Source of the DNA: a virus
DNA: 64,000 bases
Direction: 5' to 3' (one strand)
Virus record (IMG/VR): IMGVR_UViG_3300030116_003627
Span: 4,240-68,239 of that record
Shown here: positions 19,782 to 29,831 of the stretch, one piece after another
Layout of the letters: the number at the start of each line of letters is the position of its first letter
Position numbering within the stretch: position 1 is the first letter of the stretch
Program-made: the position numbers and the translations under genes
The notes under the pieces: model-generated
What the model saw: only the letters and a program-made list of their open reading frames with translations
Told to the model about the DNA's origin: nothing
Databases searched by the model: none

Positions 19782-20330
19782 TTATCCTCCTGATGCTACT
19801 GCACCCAAGGCACTAGATGCTGCTTCACTATAACCTTTTTGCATACCTGTCTCAAATGTAAATTGCCCACCAGAAAATCCTACTGTAACTGTACCAGCAT
19901 CATTACTGGCATTTACAGTATTACCAGCACCACCAATAGTGCTTTGAATACTATCAGGTTTCATTTGCAACGCTTCTTTGTAGTCTTCACCGGGTGGTAA
20001 TTCAATCTTTGGAATAGTGCCTAAGATTAAAGGGTCTTGTGAATGAAGTCCATCCATAAACACACCAAATACCCAAGAACCCTGCTCAATACCTGTAGGA
20101 CTTCTACCAACACCAGAAATACCACCATATGTAGCTGGGATCATAATTCTGGCCCAAGGCAAACTTTCTGTAGGAATATCTTCTAAAAAGGGACTGTGTG
20201 CACCTAAAACCCTAACTCTGACTCTTCCTAACATTTCTGGATCATTTTTATTGTCTTCAACAATGCCCAAGAACCAACGGATGGTATCACCATAAAATTC
20301 TTTTTGTAGTGTTTTAAACAACTCTGCCAT
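19782..20330 (-). CDS. gp5: gp5 N-terminal OB-fold domain as a stand-alone ORF
   Basis: WFLGIVED..DP..LGRVRVRVLG.H, LPWA, G.WVFG.FMDG...Q.P.ILG. Confidence 0.9.
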   Translation of the reverse strand: MAELFKTLQKEFYGDTIRWFLGIVEDNKNDPEMLGRVRVRVLGAHSPFLEDIPTESLPWARIMIPATYGGISGVGRSPTGIEQGSWVFGVFMDGLHSQDPLILGTIPKIELPPGEDYKEALQMKPDSIQSTIGGAGNTVNASNDAGTVTVGFSGGQFTFETGMQKGYSEAASSALGAVASGG

Positions 20331-20334
20331 AATC

Positions 20335-21663
20335 TTATGCCTTGTTTAACTGTTCACCACCGAGAGAACCCAAGGTGCTTGTCTTGGTTCCGGTAACTGT
20401 TGACGTAAATCTATTATCAAATATATTATACCTTACTTTTTGAATTAAGTAAACCCCTGATCTTTTTTTGTCTTTCACTGACTCTGGGGATACATTTTCT
20501 TCAGCAGGAATATCTTTAGGAATGTAAAGTTCTACTTGCTTACCTAATTTATCAAAACCCAAATCAACACCATTTAGAGTAACATCAATAGGTTGCTGGT
20601 CTAAGAAGTGATAAATGCCTCTTGACTGTGCTTTTTTCTTTTGCTCATCACTCTGATGGACTTCAGCATAAGAATAAATTCCGTCTTCAAAAAGATTCCA
20701 TGTCACAATTTGTGAACTAAATTCGTTTTGCCCTTTGTGATAAGGCCTGCCTACAGAGAATGCTGGATCATAATTATATACCGTGGCACCATTTGGTTTT
20801 GCTAATGCATTAAAAGGTTCTGTAAAGTCATAGGTTACTTCTGTTGCACTCTCTTCAAATGTATCAATCCAAACCATTTGTGAACCGTACACTTTTCTTG
20901 TCATAGCTAATAGTGTATCTTCATTATTATTGATGCTGTAATTTAAAATCTTTTTTCTAAGAACAGATAAAGGATCAGTTCCACCCGGTGGTGGTGCAGC
21001 ATTCATAGAAAAAATATACGGATCACCCGCATTAAAGGCTCCTTGTGCCAACAATATGTTTAGGTCTACTAACTGTAATTCGTTATCTACTAAAGTAGAA
21101 TAAAACATAAACGGATGACCACTAGCGTTTGTACATCTAGCCGCCATCCAATTTGCTGCTTCTAATGGAGTAATTGTATATGGGAAGATTACTCGCATAT
21201 TTTTTTGGGAAGTTCCGCCCCTTACTGCAACAGATACACCTAATTGCTCAGAACAAACACTGTTACAAATGCTATCAGGCTTACCTTCATATACCTTACT
21301 AAACCTAGTTAAGTTACTAAGCATAGCGTGTTCTTCAATAAGTTTTACAACATATCCAGATTTATCATCTCCAAGTTTCTGTCCACCTTCAACACCCATA
21401 CAAATAAATTCTTTGTTAAAGATAGGATTCTCATCTTTGTCAAGAATTACAATAATAACTCTTTCTTGCCCCTGAAAGTGCACAGCATTAGATGCGTTAG
21501 CAGAATCAATAATTGTTAATTGCGCAGTAATGTAAGGAGACATTAAATTTTCAAAAATAGACACTTGAACATTGATAAGGGAAATCTCCTGAAGTGGATA
21601 TCTAGGAGAAGTTACAAATACTTTTGTTGTGCCTACATATGCTGGATGATGATCAAGAGCCAT
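20335..21663 (-). CDS. Baseplate hub protein (gp27-like)
   Basis: IFENL.SPYITA.L.I.DS, F.GQE, SGVYLI..VRY; position between gp53 and gp5. Confidence 0.7.
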   Translation of the reverse strand: MALDHHPAYVGTTKVFVTSPRYPLQEISLINVQVSIFENLMSPYITAQLTIIDSANASNAVHFQGQERVIIVILDKDENPIFNKEFICMGVEGGQKLGDDKSGYVVKLIEEHAMLSNLTRFSKVYEGKPDSICNSVCSEQLGVSVAVRGGTSQKNMRVIFPYTITPLEAANWMAARCTNASGHPFMFYSTLVDNELQLVDLNILLAQGAFNAGDPYIFSMNAAPPPGGTDPLSVLRKKILNYSINNNEDTLLAMTRKVYGSQMVWIDTFEESATEVTYDFTEPFNALAKPNGATVYNYDPAFSVGRPYHKGQNEFSSQIVTWNLFEDGIYSYAEVHQSDEQKKKAQSRGIYHFLDQQPIDVTLNGVDLGFDKLGKQVELYIPKDIPAEENVSPESVKDKKRSGVYLIQKVRYNIFDNRFTSTVTGTKTSTLGSLGGEQLNKA

Positions 21664-23306
21664 TAATAACCATATCCCCCGCCACCAGAACTACCGACTG
21701 AACTGCTAGTAGTGGTAGTTGTAGTTGTAGGACTAGCTTGAGCAACTGCTACAGAAGAGGTAAATGTTGAATTACCTTGAATCTGACCTACAGCAGTTTC
21801 TAGTTCAATGTTCTGTGTTCTCTGTAATTCATACCGAGTTTGTCTATCAAACTCTCCAGCTACTTCTGGTTTAAGAACTTTGATTGTTCTAAGTTCATCA
21901 TTCTCTTTTTGATATCTTTCAAGGAATGTAACAGGCGTAAGAGTAGCAGGAATAAGAGCATCATAGTTAGAAGTAATATAAGATTCAATCTGATTTTGCA
22001 CAAAGTTAAAAGCTTCATTAGTAGTATCAATAGCATCTGATGCTGTTTTATTCTCCAAGAACGGAGAATCTGAAATGACCGCACCTACGCCAGCAGTTGC
22101 ACTATATGCTACAAAGTTTCTTTCATCTGTATTACTAGTATCATTTGCTGTAATAGTATCAAAAGCTAATGGTTCATAAATGCCACCATATACAGTAGTT
22201 ATATCTACATTAACATTTGACCTAAATTCAAACATAAAATATTGTGGTATGGAGTCTGTAAGTCCTGCTACGTTTAACTGATTATCTACAAGAGTAAAGA
22301 TGTGGTATTTCAGATTTGTAGGTGGAGTGCCACCGGATGCAGCAATACCGACAAGAATAGCTTGAAGTTGAGTTGTTAAAGTTACGGCTAACTCCGCTGG
22401 ATACTGTAAGGTGTTTATCAAATAGTTTGTTTGAAAATCATCAACTGTATATTCAGAATCAGTTACAAATTGCTGTTGCAGTGCGGCACCAATAAGCAAC
22501 GCAGAACCACCGGGAATAATATTGCCAAATACTGCCTGTACTGTAATCTCACCTAAACTAAAGTTACTGTAAATACTTGAAAGATTAGAAACTCCAACAT
22601 CATCAATGATAAACTTATCTGCTGTTACTTGTGCACTCAAAGGTGAAAATGCTTCGCCCGCCCATGCTGCATAGTTTCCTGTCCATCTGATATCAAGAGA
22701 CAATCTTTGAATGAATGGTGCGTTTGGAGAAATGTCAATATGCCTACCATTAGCATCTTCCCAATGGTGCTTGGCATTATATTCTTCAGATGCTCTATCA
22801 ATAAAGATAGACTTAACTGTATCATCCTCTGTGATTTCAATAGTCTCAGCATTAATAAAATCTGCTGTAGATGTTTTTCTTACAATAATTTGTCCCATGT
22901 CTGGTCTTCTACGCAAGATGACACCTGTAGCACCAGAAGATTTACCTGTAACTGTGCCTCCTACCAAGAACTGTGCAGAAAGATTTGCTCTAGTAGTCAA
23001 AGTAAAGTGTGGGTATTCTCTCTTTGCCTTTTCAGTCAATTGTTGATTAGACAAGGGCCATCCACGTCTTTTCATCTCATCATTAAGTGCATAGAAAGTC
23101 CAGTAGTAATCAGGAGTATCATAAAGAGTATAGGATACTTGGTCTGGTCTATCACCGTCTCTAATATAATATTCTTTGTAAAAAGAAATATCATCCTTAA
23201 CTCTATCAAGCAAATCAACATATGCACCTACATCAGTAAAGCTAGTAGGCGTTGAATTTGTTGTAAATGGATATTTGACTCTAGGATAATCTGTAAAGTA
23301 TGCCAT
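21663..23306 (-). CDS. gp53: Baseplate wedge subunit gp53 with large internal insertion
   Basis: MAYF..YP, Y.IRDGDRPDQVS..LY....YYW, WP, HHWED, and C-terminal NDELR.IKVLKP. Confidence 0.85.
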   Translation of the reverse strand: MAYFTDYPRVKYPFTTNSTPTSFTDVGAYVDLLDRVKDDISFYKEYYIRDGDRPDQVSYTLYDTPDYYWTFYALNDEMKRRGWPLSNQQLTEKAKREYPHFTLTTRANLSAQFLVGGTVTGKSSGATGVILRRRPDMGQIIVRKTSTADFINAETIEITEDDTVKSIFIDRASEEYNAKHHWEDANGRHIDISPNAPFIQRLSLDIRWTGNYAAWAGEAFSPLSAQVTADKFIIDDVGVSNLSSIYSNFSLGEITVQAVFGNIIPGGSALLIGAALQQQFVTDSEYTVDDFQTNYLINTLQYPAELAVTLTTQLQAILVGIAASGGTPPTNLKYHIFTLVDNQLNVAGLTDSIPQYFMFEFRSNVNVDITTVYGGIYEPLAFDTITANDTSNTDERNFVAYSATAGVGAVISDSPFLENKTASDAIDTTNEAFNFVQNQIESYITSNYDALIPATLTPVTFLERYQKENDELRTIKVLKPEVAGEFDRQTRYELQRTQNIELETAVGQIQGNSTFTSSVAVAQASPTTTTTTTSSSVGSSGGGGYGY

Positions 23307-24178
23307 TAGTAACCTTCCTGAATATCAGGTTTAGCAAGTGCACGTTCTTCAACAAATGCGAGAGAAATTTGTGTCTCATTAAATTTACCATCAGAGAAGA
23401 AAGAGGATGACCTTGGGTTAAAGGTCGTGTTAATGCTAGTTAAGTGACAGTCCAAAATCTTTGGTGGTTGAGACATTTCACCACCATTATATTTCATAGT
23501 AATTCTAAACTTGTTTGGAAATCTGTATGCGTATCTAGCACCACTAACATATTCTGGATATGCATTCACTCTAAAAAAGTCTACAATGTTTTCAATAGCA
23601 GATGCTTCAGCTGGACTAGCAGGACTAAGAAAGAATGAAAACCCAAAGTTACGAATACCTACATCTCTAAACAACGAACGCTTATGTGGGTTAGCAGTGA
23701 TTTGACTACCAAGTGCAATACCAGAAGAAATTGCTTCAGGTGATAATCCTTGTGTAGTAAGAGAAACTAATGGACCAGCATTATCTCTGAAACTACCTAC
23801 AGGGTCTTCAACTACATCTTTTAGACCAGAAAGCACACCAGCTTCTTGAAGAGAACTAGCGCCAGCGCTAAGAGATTTATTCAATCCCTGCATTGCTGTA
23901 TTTACACTTGAATAATCTGATTTTGCAATATCTGATACTGTACCAGCAGTTGTAGCTGCAAACATACCCGCAATACCTAAGTTCACACCATCATAGTTGA
24001 TAGCATCATTAAACGATAATGCTTCTGGCATATAAAGAATTGCCGGGCCACCTGTTCCGTTGATGGCTTCAAAGAAAATTTGTGCTTTATATTTCTCATC
24101 TTGAACGATTGGAAATTTCAGTCCGCCGGATTGAGATAACTGCGACTCTCCACCAGCGCCACCTACGCCATAAGCCAT
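23306..24178 (-). CDS. gp48: Baseplate tail-tube cap gp48
   Basis: LYMP, NP....LF..V..RNF.FSF.LSP....EA..I..IV.FFR, FP..F.I, L.F.E. Confidence 0.85.
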   Translation of the reverse strand: MAYGVGGAGGESQLSQSGGLKFPIVQDEKYKAQIFFEAINGTGGPAILYMPEALSFNDAINYDGVNLGIAGMFAATTAGTVSDIAKSDYSSVNTAMQGLNKSLSAGASSLQEAGVLSGLKDVVEDPVGSFRDNAGPLVSLTTQGLSPEAISSGIALGSQITANPHKRSLFRDVGIRNFGFSFFLSPASPAEASAIENIVDFFRVNAYPEYVSGARYAYRFPNKFRITMKYNGGEMSQPPKILDCHLTSINTTFNPRSSSFFSDGKFNETQISLAFVEERALAKPDIQEGY

Positions 24179-24188
24179 TTACTATTCC

Positions 24189-24220
24189 TATAAATATTTA
24201 ATAGTTTCTAATTATTTATA
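24189..24220. promoter_or_regulatory. Divergent pair of T4-type late promoters
   Basis: TATAAATA at 24189-24196 (+, toward gp4) and at 24213-24220 (-, toward gp48). Confidence 0.9.
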
Positions 24221-24227
24221 TGGTGTT

Positions 24228-24665
24228 ATGAAAACTTATAAGGGTAAATACAAAGTCAAGAAACCCAAAAAGTATGATGGTGACCATACAAAGGTTATTT
24301 ATCGTTCAATGTGGGAAAGATTTGCATTTAAGTGGTGTGAGAACAATACTGATATTAAATCATGGTCATCTGAAGAAACTGTGATACCATATATTAGTGC
24401 TGTTGATAACAAATACCACCGTTACTTTGTTGACTTAAAACTAAATATGAAAGACGGTAGAGTTATTTTAGTAGAGATTAAACCTGACAAACAAACTAAA
24501 CCACCTAAAGGTGCAAGAAGAACAAAACGATTTATATCTGAATCATTAGAGTATGTAAAGAATCAATGTAAATGGACCGCTGCAAACGAGTATTGTCTTG
24601 ACAGAGGTTGGCATTTTCAGATATGGACCGAACACACATTAAAGAGCATGGGGATGAAGTTCTAA
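24228..24665 (+). CDS. gp4: Head completion nuclease gp4
   Basis: YKGKY...KY.GD...IYRS.WE, WSSEE, HRYFVD, EIKP, KW.AA. Confidence 0.95.
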   Translation: MKTYKGKYKVKKPKKYDGDHTKVIYRSMWERFAFKWCENNTDIKSWSSEETVIPYISAVDNKYHRYFVDLKLNMKDGRVILVEIKPDKQTKPPKGARRTKRFISESLEYVKNQCKWTAANEYCLDRGWHFQIWTEHTLKSMGMKF

Positions 24666-25253
24666 ATGGCAAGCCTGTTTCAAAAACTAGAGTTTGAGGC
24701 ATTCCGTAAAGGTATTACACCACGGACCAAAGAGTCCCGTGCATGGTTCATGAACAAAGCAAAGAACCTGACTGTCAGCAGAAGTGGTCTGATGAAACAA
24801 GAACCTCTTGAGTTTCGTAGCCGTCCTGCTGTCGGTAGAATGTATATGTATTTCTATGATCCCAAGCACAAAGAGAAACTTCCATACTATGACAGGTTTC
24901 CTTTGATTGTGATGGTTGGTCCTGCTAGGGGTGGATTTATGGGATTGAATTTACATTATCTTCCGCTTGCTACCAGAGCAAAATTCTTAGATGCCTTGCT
25001 TGGGACTATAAATAATGAACGATATGATGAATCTACTCGTTTCAGGTTGTCCTATGATATGTTAAAACGTGCATCCAGATTGAGAGCATTTAGACCTTGC
25101 TTAAAACATTATCTTAATGCTCATGTACGTTCTAGACTTGCCTTGGTTCCTGCACCTGAGTGGGAGATTGCAACGTTCTTGCCAACTGCTGATTTTGAAA
25201 AGGCAAGTAGCAGTGAAGTGTACAGAGACTCTAGAAGAAAGATGGCTGCTTAA
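24666..25253 (+). CDS. gp2: DNA end protector protein gp2
   Basis: MY.YDPKHK..LPYYDRFPL, GLNLHYLP, PCLK.YL. Confidence 0.95.
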   Translation: MASLFQKLEFEAFRKGITPRTKESRAWFMNKAKNLTVSRSGLMKQEPLEFRSRPAVGRMYMYFYDPKHKEKLPYYDRFPLIVMVGPARGGFMGLNLHYLPLATRAKFLDALLGTINNERYDESTRFRLSYDMLKRASRLRAFRPCLKHYLNAHVRSRLALVPAPEWEIATFLPTADFEKASSSEVYRDSRRKMAA

Positions 25254-25747
25254 TGGCTACTATTGAAGAACTTAAAGGTGCATTTGCAAAAGCACCAGCA
25301 TTTCCAAACAGATACCGTGTTATCATTCCCGGTCTAGGTAGAAGTGGTGACATTCTCTGCCAAGCTACAAACTTGCCGGGAAGACAGATCACAACTAATC
25401 CTAGAACAATTGGTATGCTTACTCAAAAAATGCCATATGGATTTATTTTTGATGATGTAAACTTACAGTTCTTACTAGACGGAGACTATTCTGTCAAAAA
25501 CTATTTTGAAGACTGGCACGAACAAATCATTGGGTTTGATACCTATGAGTTAGAGTACAAGACTACATACACAAAAGATGTTTTAATTCAACAGCTTGAG
25601 AAAGAAACAGATAGTGTAATCTATGGGGTAAAACTCAAAGGTGCATTCCCTGTAACTGTCAATCCAATTGAATTGTCTGATGGATTGACAGGACAAATTA
25701 CACAAGTAAACGTACAATTAGCATTCACTGATTGGGAACGTACATAA
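25253..25747 (+). CDS. Tail tube / baseplate tube initiator (gp54/gp19-like)
   Basis: NRY.V.I, LC....LPG, PY, F..W, L..AFP. Confidence 0.75.
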   Translation: MATIEELKGAFAKAPAFPNRYRVIIPGLGRSGDILCQATNLPGRQITTNPRTIGMLTQKMPYGFIFDDVNLQFLLDGDYSVKNYFEDWHEQIIGFDTYELEYKTTYTKDVLIQQLEKETDSVIYGVKLKGAFPVTVNPIELSDGLTGQITQVNVQLAFTDWERT

Positions 25748-25759
25748 TGGAGTTATAGA

Positions 25760-26470
25760 ATGGCTTTACCTAAACTTAATGAATCTATTAAATATACTAC
25801 AAAAATTCCATCAACCGGCGAACAAGTAAGTTACAGACCATTTCTTATTAAAGAAGAAAAAATTCTTCTTATTGCTATGGAAACACAAGACGAAAAAATT
25901 ATTATCAACTCTATTGGTGATACTGTAAATGCATGTGTAATTGAAGATATTGATGCGTTTAGTCTACCCTTATTTGATCTTGAGTATTTGTTTTTGCAGA
26001 TCAGATCAAAGTCAGTAGGTGAAACATCTACAGTCAGTATTGGATGTAAGTCTTGTGGTCACAGAAATGAAGTTACTATTCCTATTGATGAAATTAAAAT
26101 TACTGTGCCAAAAGCAAAAAAGCACATTGAGTTAAATAATGATATTACTTTGTTAATGAAATATCCATCACTATCTGATATTTTAAAAACAAAAGCTCTT
26201 GATGGTAATAATACTGAGATTGAACGCAACATGGAAACATTCTATGCTTGTCTAGAAGCAGTAGAAACATCAGAAGAACGTTTCTTGATTGCAGATGAAA
26301 CACATGATGAGATTGAAGCATTTGTAGAATCACTGACTAGTTCGCAGTTTGAACATATCAAAAAGTTTGTTGATACTATTCCTACACTGAGACACACAGT
26401 AAAATATAAGTGCCAATCATGCGGAACTGAGAACACAAGAATTTTACAAGGAACTAATGATTTTTTTTGA
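25760..26470 (+). CDS. gp26: Baseplate hub assembly protein gp26
   Basis: MALPKL, PSTG..V.YRPFL.KEEKILL.A, FDLEYLFLQIRSKSVGE, two CxxC motifs. Confidence 0.95.
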   Translation: MALPKLNESIKYTTKIPSTGEQVSYRPFLIKEEKILLIAMETQDEKIIINSIGDTVNACVIEDIDAFSLPLFDLEYLFLQIRSKSVGETSTVSIGCKSCGHRNEVTIPIDEIKITVPKAKKHIELNNDITLLMKYPSLSDILKTKALDGNNTEIERNMETFYACLEAVETSEERFLIADETHDEIEAFVESLTSSQFEHIKKFVDTIPTLRHTVKYKCQSCGTENTRILQGTNDFF

Positions 26471-26652
26471 TAAGCCTTTCTCATGAAACACTGGTGAACC
26501 TGTATCAGACTAACTTTCAACTACTACACCATTACCATTATTCTTTGAATGAAATTGAAAATCTGATACCTTGGGAAAGGGAAGTTTATTTGTCTATGTT
26601 GATTAGTCATTTAGAAAATGAGAAAGAAAAAAGAAAACAACAGCAGAGATAA
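26467..26652 (+). CDS. gp51: Baseplate hub assembly catalyst gp51
   Basis: Y.TNF.L..H..YSL.EIENLIPWEREVY..ML. Confidence 0.9.
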   Translation: MISLSHETLVNLYQTNFQLLHHYHYSLNEIENLIPWEREVYLSMLISHLENEKEKRKQQQR

Positions 26653-26655
26653 CAA

Positions 26656-28209
26656 ATGGCGACGTTTACAGAAGTAATTGAAAGTTTACAGACTGAGCAA
26701 GAGAACACTACAAAAGCGATAGAGTCTCTTGATAATCGTATGTTGGAGTTTATCTCTCTTTCTAAACGTAGTATGTTAGATGATCTTGAGGACAGACGTG
26801 AAGCGAAGCGCCAAGCTAGAAGAGGTGGTTTCTTTGGCATGGGAGCAGGAAGTAATCAAACTGGTAGCCGTGATAATAAAGGATTCAGTTTTTTAGAATT
26901 GGTGGGTGGTTTAGCTACGGCAAGATTTGGGTTAGCAATGTTAGGTGGACTGGCCGCCGCTCTCACTACTGGCGCTGGAGTTGCTTTATTAGCAACTATT
27001 GTAGGAGCATCAGTTGCTGCTATTGGTCTTAGAGACCCAGAAGAAAAAGCCAAAAAAGAATTAGAACAAAAACCTGTAACTGTTACCGAAGAAGAATTTG
27101 TAGAACCATTTTTACAAACGGGTAGCATTGAAGATGCAAAAAGACTTTTAACAAGACAGGACATTTTTGGTGATGATCCAACGGGTAGAGTATTTGATAT
27201 GGTCATGGGAAGTAATCTTCCTAAAAGTGAAAAAGTTCAAATGTTAAAAACTATAAAAGATGCATATGAATTATTGCAAAGAGAACAAAGAGGAACTATA
27301 TTTAATGCCACACCGGGATTACGGTCAACAGAAAATATAAGCAGAATTCCAGAAATGGAACAAATGTTGAATTTTATGGAAAGTGAAAGAAGAAATGCAA
27401 CTTACCTTCCGGGACCAACTCCGTTAACAAGAGCTGAACGAGCAGCTGCTGCAAGAGCAGCTAGAGATGCACAAGAAGATTTAAATAGGCAAAGATTAAT
27501 GAGACTTTTTGGAATAGAAACCGATCTCAGAAATATGCCAAACGAATATAACATTGGTGACGCAAGAATCGCCCAAGAAAGTGACCTTTTAGGAAGAACA
27601 CCAGAACAAATTGATGCAGAAAGAAGTGCAATTGCTGCACAAACTAGAGCTTCTGAAGAAAGACAAATGAATATCATCAGAAGACTTATTGGTGTTATTG
27701 GTTTTGGTAAAGCAGAAACAAGGGATGAAATCAGACAGAGACTTAGCACAGAAGGTTATCTGTCAGACTTAGTTCCGCAACCACCTACTCCAACTGAAGT
27801 GCAAACATCTACTAGAAATGTTGATGGTCTTCTGAAAGCAGCTGCAAACTATATTGACCGTATTGTTAGATTTGCTGCAATGACCAGTGACATTATCCCA
27901 CCTGATCCTAATGATCCAAACTATGGTAGATTGATGCAAGACTTTATGCTACTTGATGAAGCAAGCCGCAGGGGTGTTCCAATTAGCCCCCTAGTAAGTC
28001 CAAAAGGTCAGATGCTAGAGCAAATGGGTGGAGAACTAGGCGTAGGTGGTGTTACAATTATTAACCAGACAACTAACAATGTCAGTTCTGGCGGTGGCGG
28101 AGGCGGTGGAGCTGCGCCAAACACACAATCCTCTACAGCAGCACCAACAAATACACATAACTATGGTATTAGTCCTGTTGATGTAATTAGTGCTGGTGCA
28201 TCCAGATAA
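26656..28209 (+). CDS. Putative tape measure / hub protein (gp29-like)
   Basis: Follows gp26-gp51; helical, has a hydrophobic segment and a C-terminal IINQTTNNV...GGGG tail. Confidence 0.6.
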   Translation: MATFTEVIESLQTEQENTTKAIESLDNRMLEFISLSKRSMLDDLEDRREAKRQARRGGFFGMGAGSNQTGSRDNKGFSFLELVGGLATARFGLAMLGGLAAALTTGAGVALLATIVGASVAAIGLRDPEEKAKKELEQKPVTVTEEEFVEPFLQTGSIEDAKRLLTRQDIFGDDPTGRVFDMVMGSNLPKSEKVQMLKTIKDAYELLQREQRGTIFNATPGLRSTENISRIPEMEQMLNFMESERRNATYLPGPTPLTRAERAAAARAARDAQEDLNRQRLMRLFGIETDLRNMPNEYNIGDARIAQESDLLGRTPEQIDAERSAIAAQTRASEERQMNIIRRLIGVIGFGKAETRDEIRQRLSTEGYLSDLVPQPPTPTEVQTSTRNVDGLLKAAANYIDRIVRFAAMTSDIIPPDPNDPNYGRLMQDFMLLDEASRRGVPISPLVSPKGQMLEQMGGELGVGGVTIINQTTNNVSSGGGGGGGAAPNTQSSTAAPTNTHNYGISPVDVISAGASR

Positions 28210-28245
28210 AAAAATCCCCGGCGGAAAGGAAACACCGGGGATTTT
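28208..28245. terminator. Probable bidirectional intrinsic terminator
   Basis: AAAATCCCCGG-N13-CCGGGGATTTT between convergent gp29-like and gp32 genes. Confidence 0.85.
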
Positions 28246-28254
28246 CTCTAACTT

Positions 28255-29151
28255 CTAGTCTTCATTTGCGAGACGTGAGAAGTATGACATAGTATCCTCA
28301 TCACCGTCATCATCAGAAGTTGGTGCAGATGCTGGTTCCACACTTTTCATGGGAGCAGTATCAGCAGTGATTGACAAATCTTCTTCCTGCTGTGGAGTAA
28401 AGGTTCCACTTACACCGAGAACAGCATCCAGACGTGCCTTCAGCTCTTCGTAAGACTTGTAGTTAGAAGGGTCTGTAAACTCACCCAATGGATAAACCTG
28501 ACCATAAATGTTTTCCAGTTGTGCATCATCTGCAAGAGCAGACGCAGATGCAAACTCAGAACGGTCATAGTTGCGGTAACCCTCAACATTCCGAATCTTC
28601 AGTTTGAAGTCAGCACCTTCCCAAAGATCAAACGGATTGATAGGGTCTTCATCTTCAAACTGAGGCTGCATTGCTTCCATCAGTTTGTCATGAATCTTTT
28701 TACCGTACTGGTACAGGAACACCTTGCCTTCATTCTCAGGATTGCCTGAGTCAGATACAACATAGATGTTAGAGACATAGTGCAGGCGACGTTTCTGATC
28801 CCGTGCAGTCTGCTTGTCTTCATCCCGACCAGAGTTCCACAGCTGCGAGTTCAATTCGCCTACAGGGTCTTTCTGACCAATAGAGGTAAGTGATTTTTCA
28901 ATATACCACATACCTGTAGTCTTGCCTTTAAAACCGTGATCCCAATAACGAACCCAAGGAAGTTCTTCACCTTCTGGTGCAGGAAGGAAACGAATAACAG
29001 CATAACCGTTACCTGCCTTATCAACAGTAGGTTTCCAGACACGTTCATCTGGACCATTCCGAACATCAGCAGTCTCATTAAGTTTAGCTGCTGCGTTTAC
29101 GAGTTTGTCAATGGAAGAACCACGGGATTTTTTAAGATTTGCAAGAGACAT
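28255..29151 (-). CDS. gp32: Single-stranded DNA-binding protein gp32
   Basis: D.R.WKP..DKAGNGYAVIRFLP, WYIE.SL, F.YGKKI, GADFKLKI, NYD.SEF, acidic tail. Confidence 0.97.
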   Translation of the reverse strand: MSLANLKKSRGSSIDKLVNAAAKLNETADVRNGPDERVWKPTVDKAGNGYAVIRFLPAPEGEELPWVRYWDHGFKGKTTGMWYIEKSLTSIGQKDPVGELNSQLWNSGRDEDKQTARDQKRRLHYVSNIYVVSDSGNPENEGKVFLYQYGKKIHDKLMEAMQPQFEDEDPINPFDLWEGADFKLKIRNVEGYRNYDRSEFASASALADDAQLENIYGQVYPLGEFTDPSNYKSYEELKARLDAVLGVSGTFTPQQEEDLSITADTAPMKSVEPASAPTSDDDGDEDTMSYFSRLANED

Positions 29152-29192
29152 ATTTTTGTATTCCTTTGTATTTCTGAAGTATTAAGATTTGT

Positions 29193-29221
29193 ATCATACT
29201 ATAAAGTTCAAGTGTTGTCAA
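29193..29221 (-). promoter_or_regulatory. Sigma70-type promoter for gp32
   Basis: TTGACA-17 nt-TATGAT. Confidence 0.75.
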
Positions 29222-29248
29222 CCATTTTTTTCAAAGGTGATTGAACCT

Positions 29249-29632
29249 TCATTTACTTCCATCGGTTTCAGGGCATACGCATTCCCCGATTGCTGGAAGA
29301 TTCTCGATACCGGACTGGTCATTGTCACCGTTGTCCGTGGGTGCTGGTTCTGTAACAATGTCATCAAAGGTTGGAGATTGTTCATTGTTTCCAACATCTT
29401 CTGGTAGTTCTGGTTCATCTGTTACGGTTTCCTCTTCAATAATTTCTTCTTCTTTATCCCAGCCTGCGCCGACCTTGACACTGCCAAGAAGTTCATCTTT
29501 GTAAATGTACGAACACGCACCGATACCAAGAATAACAATCACAAACGGAATATACATTCCAATTAATTTAAGCATAAACTTCCCCAATCTATTCATTTGT
29601 TCCTCACAATGGTAGAGTATTAATCCGTTCAA
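29249..29632 (-). CDS. Membrane-anchored protein with acidic tail
   Basis: Hydrophobic segment IGMYIPFVIVILGIGAC followed by an E/D/P-rich region; true start probably downstream of 29632. Confidence 0.55.
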   Translation of the reverse strand: MNGLILYHCEEQMNRLGKFMLKLIGMYIPFVIVILGIGACSYIYKDELLGSVKVGAGWDKEEEIIEEETVTDEPELPEDVGNNEQSPTFDDIVTEPAPTDNGDNDQSGIENLPAIGECVCPETDGSK

Positions 29633-29831
29633 GGAAATTTAAGTTACGGGCTTCTGCCTCTAGTTTATCCTTGATTGAGGTATTTATCAGGTTAGGTATT
29701 CGGTCTGGTTCAACCTCTAGTTTACTCATCAAATGTGTTAGTGCATCCATGTAAGACTCTTTCTTAGAGAATACATGTTCTTCTACCAGTTCACAAAACT
29801 TTTTCTTGGTTAGAATTTTATCTGCAAGCAT
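29604..29831 (-). CDS. gp33: Late transcription coactivator gp33
   Basis: F...VE..V......YMDA, LI...IKDKLEAEA..LNFL.....LPL. Confidence 0.9.
   Translation of the reverse strand: MLADKILTKKKFCELVEEHVFSKKESYMDALTHLMSKLEVEPDRIPNLINTSIKDKLEAEARNLNFLERINTLPL

Noticed and set aside
16228-20330. Stop-codon reassignment or readthrough as the cause of the fragmented gp5
   Set aside because: Most junctions change frame. The one in-frame junction (18489/18488) is TAA followed by ATG. Long genes elsewhere are intact under the standard code and no suppressor tRNA is seen.
21663-28110. Poly-Thr/Ser and poly-Gly codon runs at the ends of gp53 and the gp29-like gene as DNA repeats
   Set aside because: Short low-complexity coding linkers with mixed codons, not tandem arrays.
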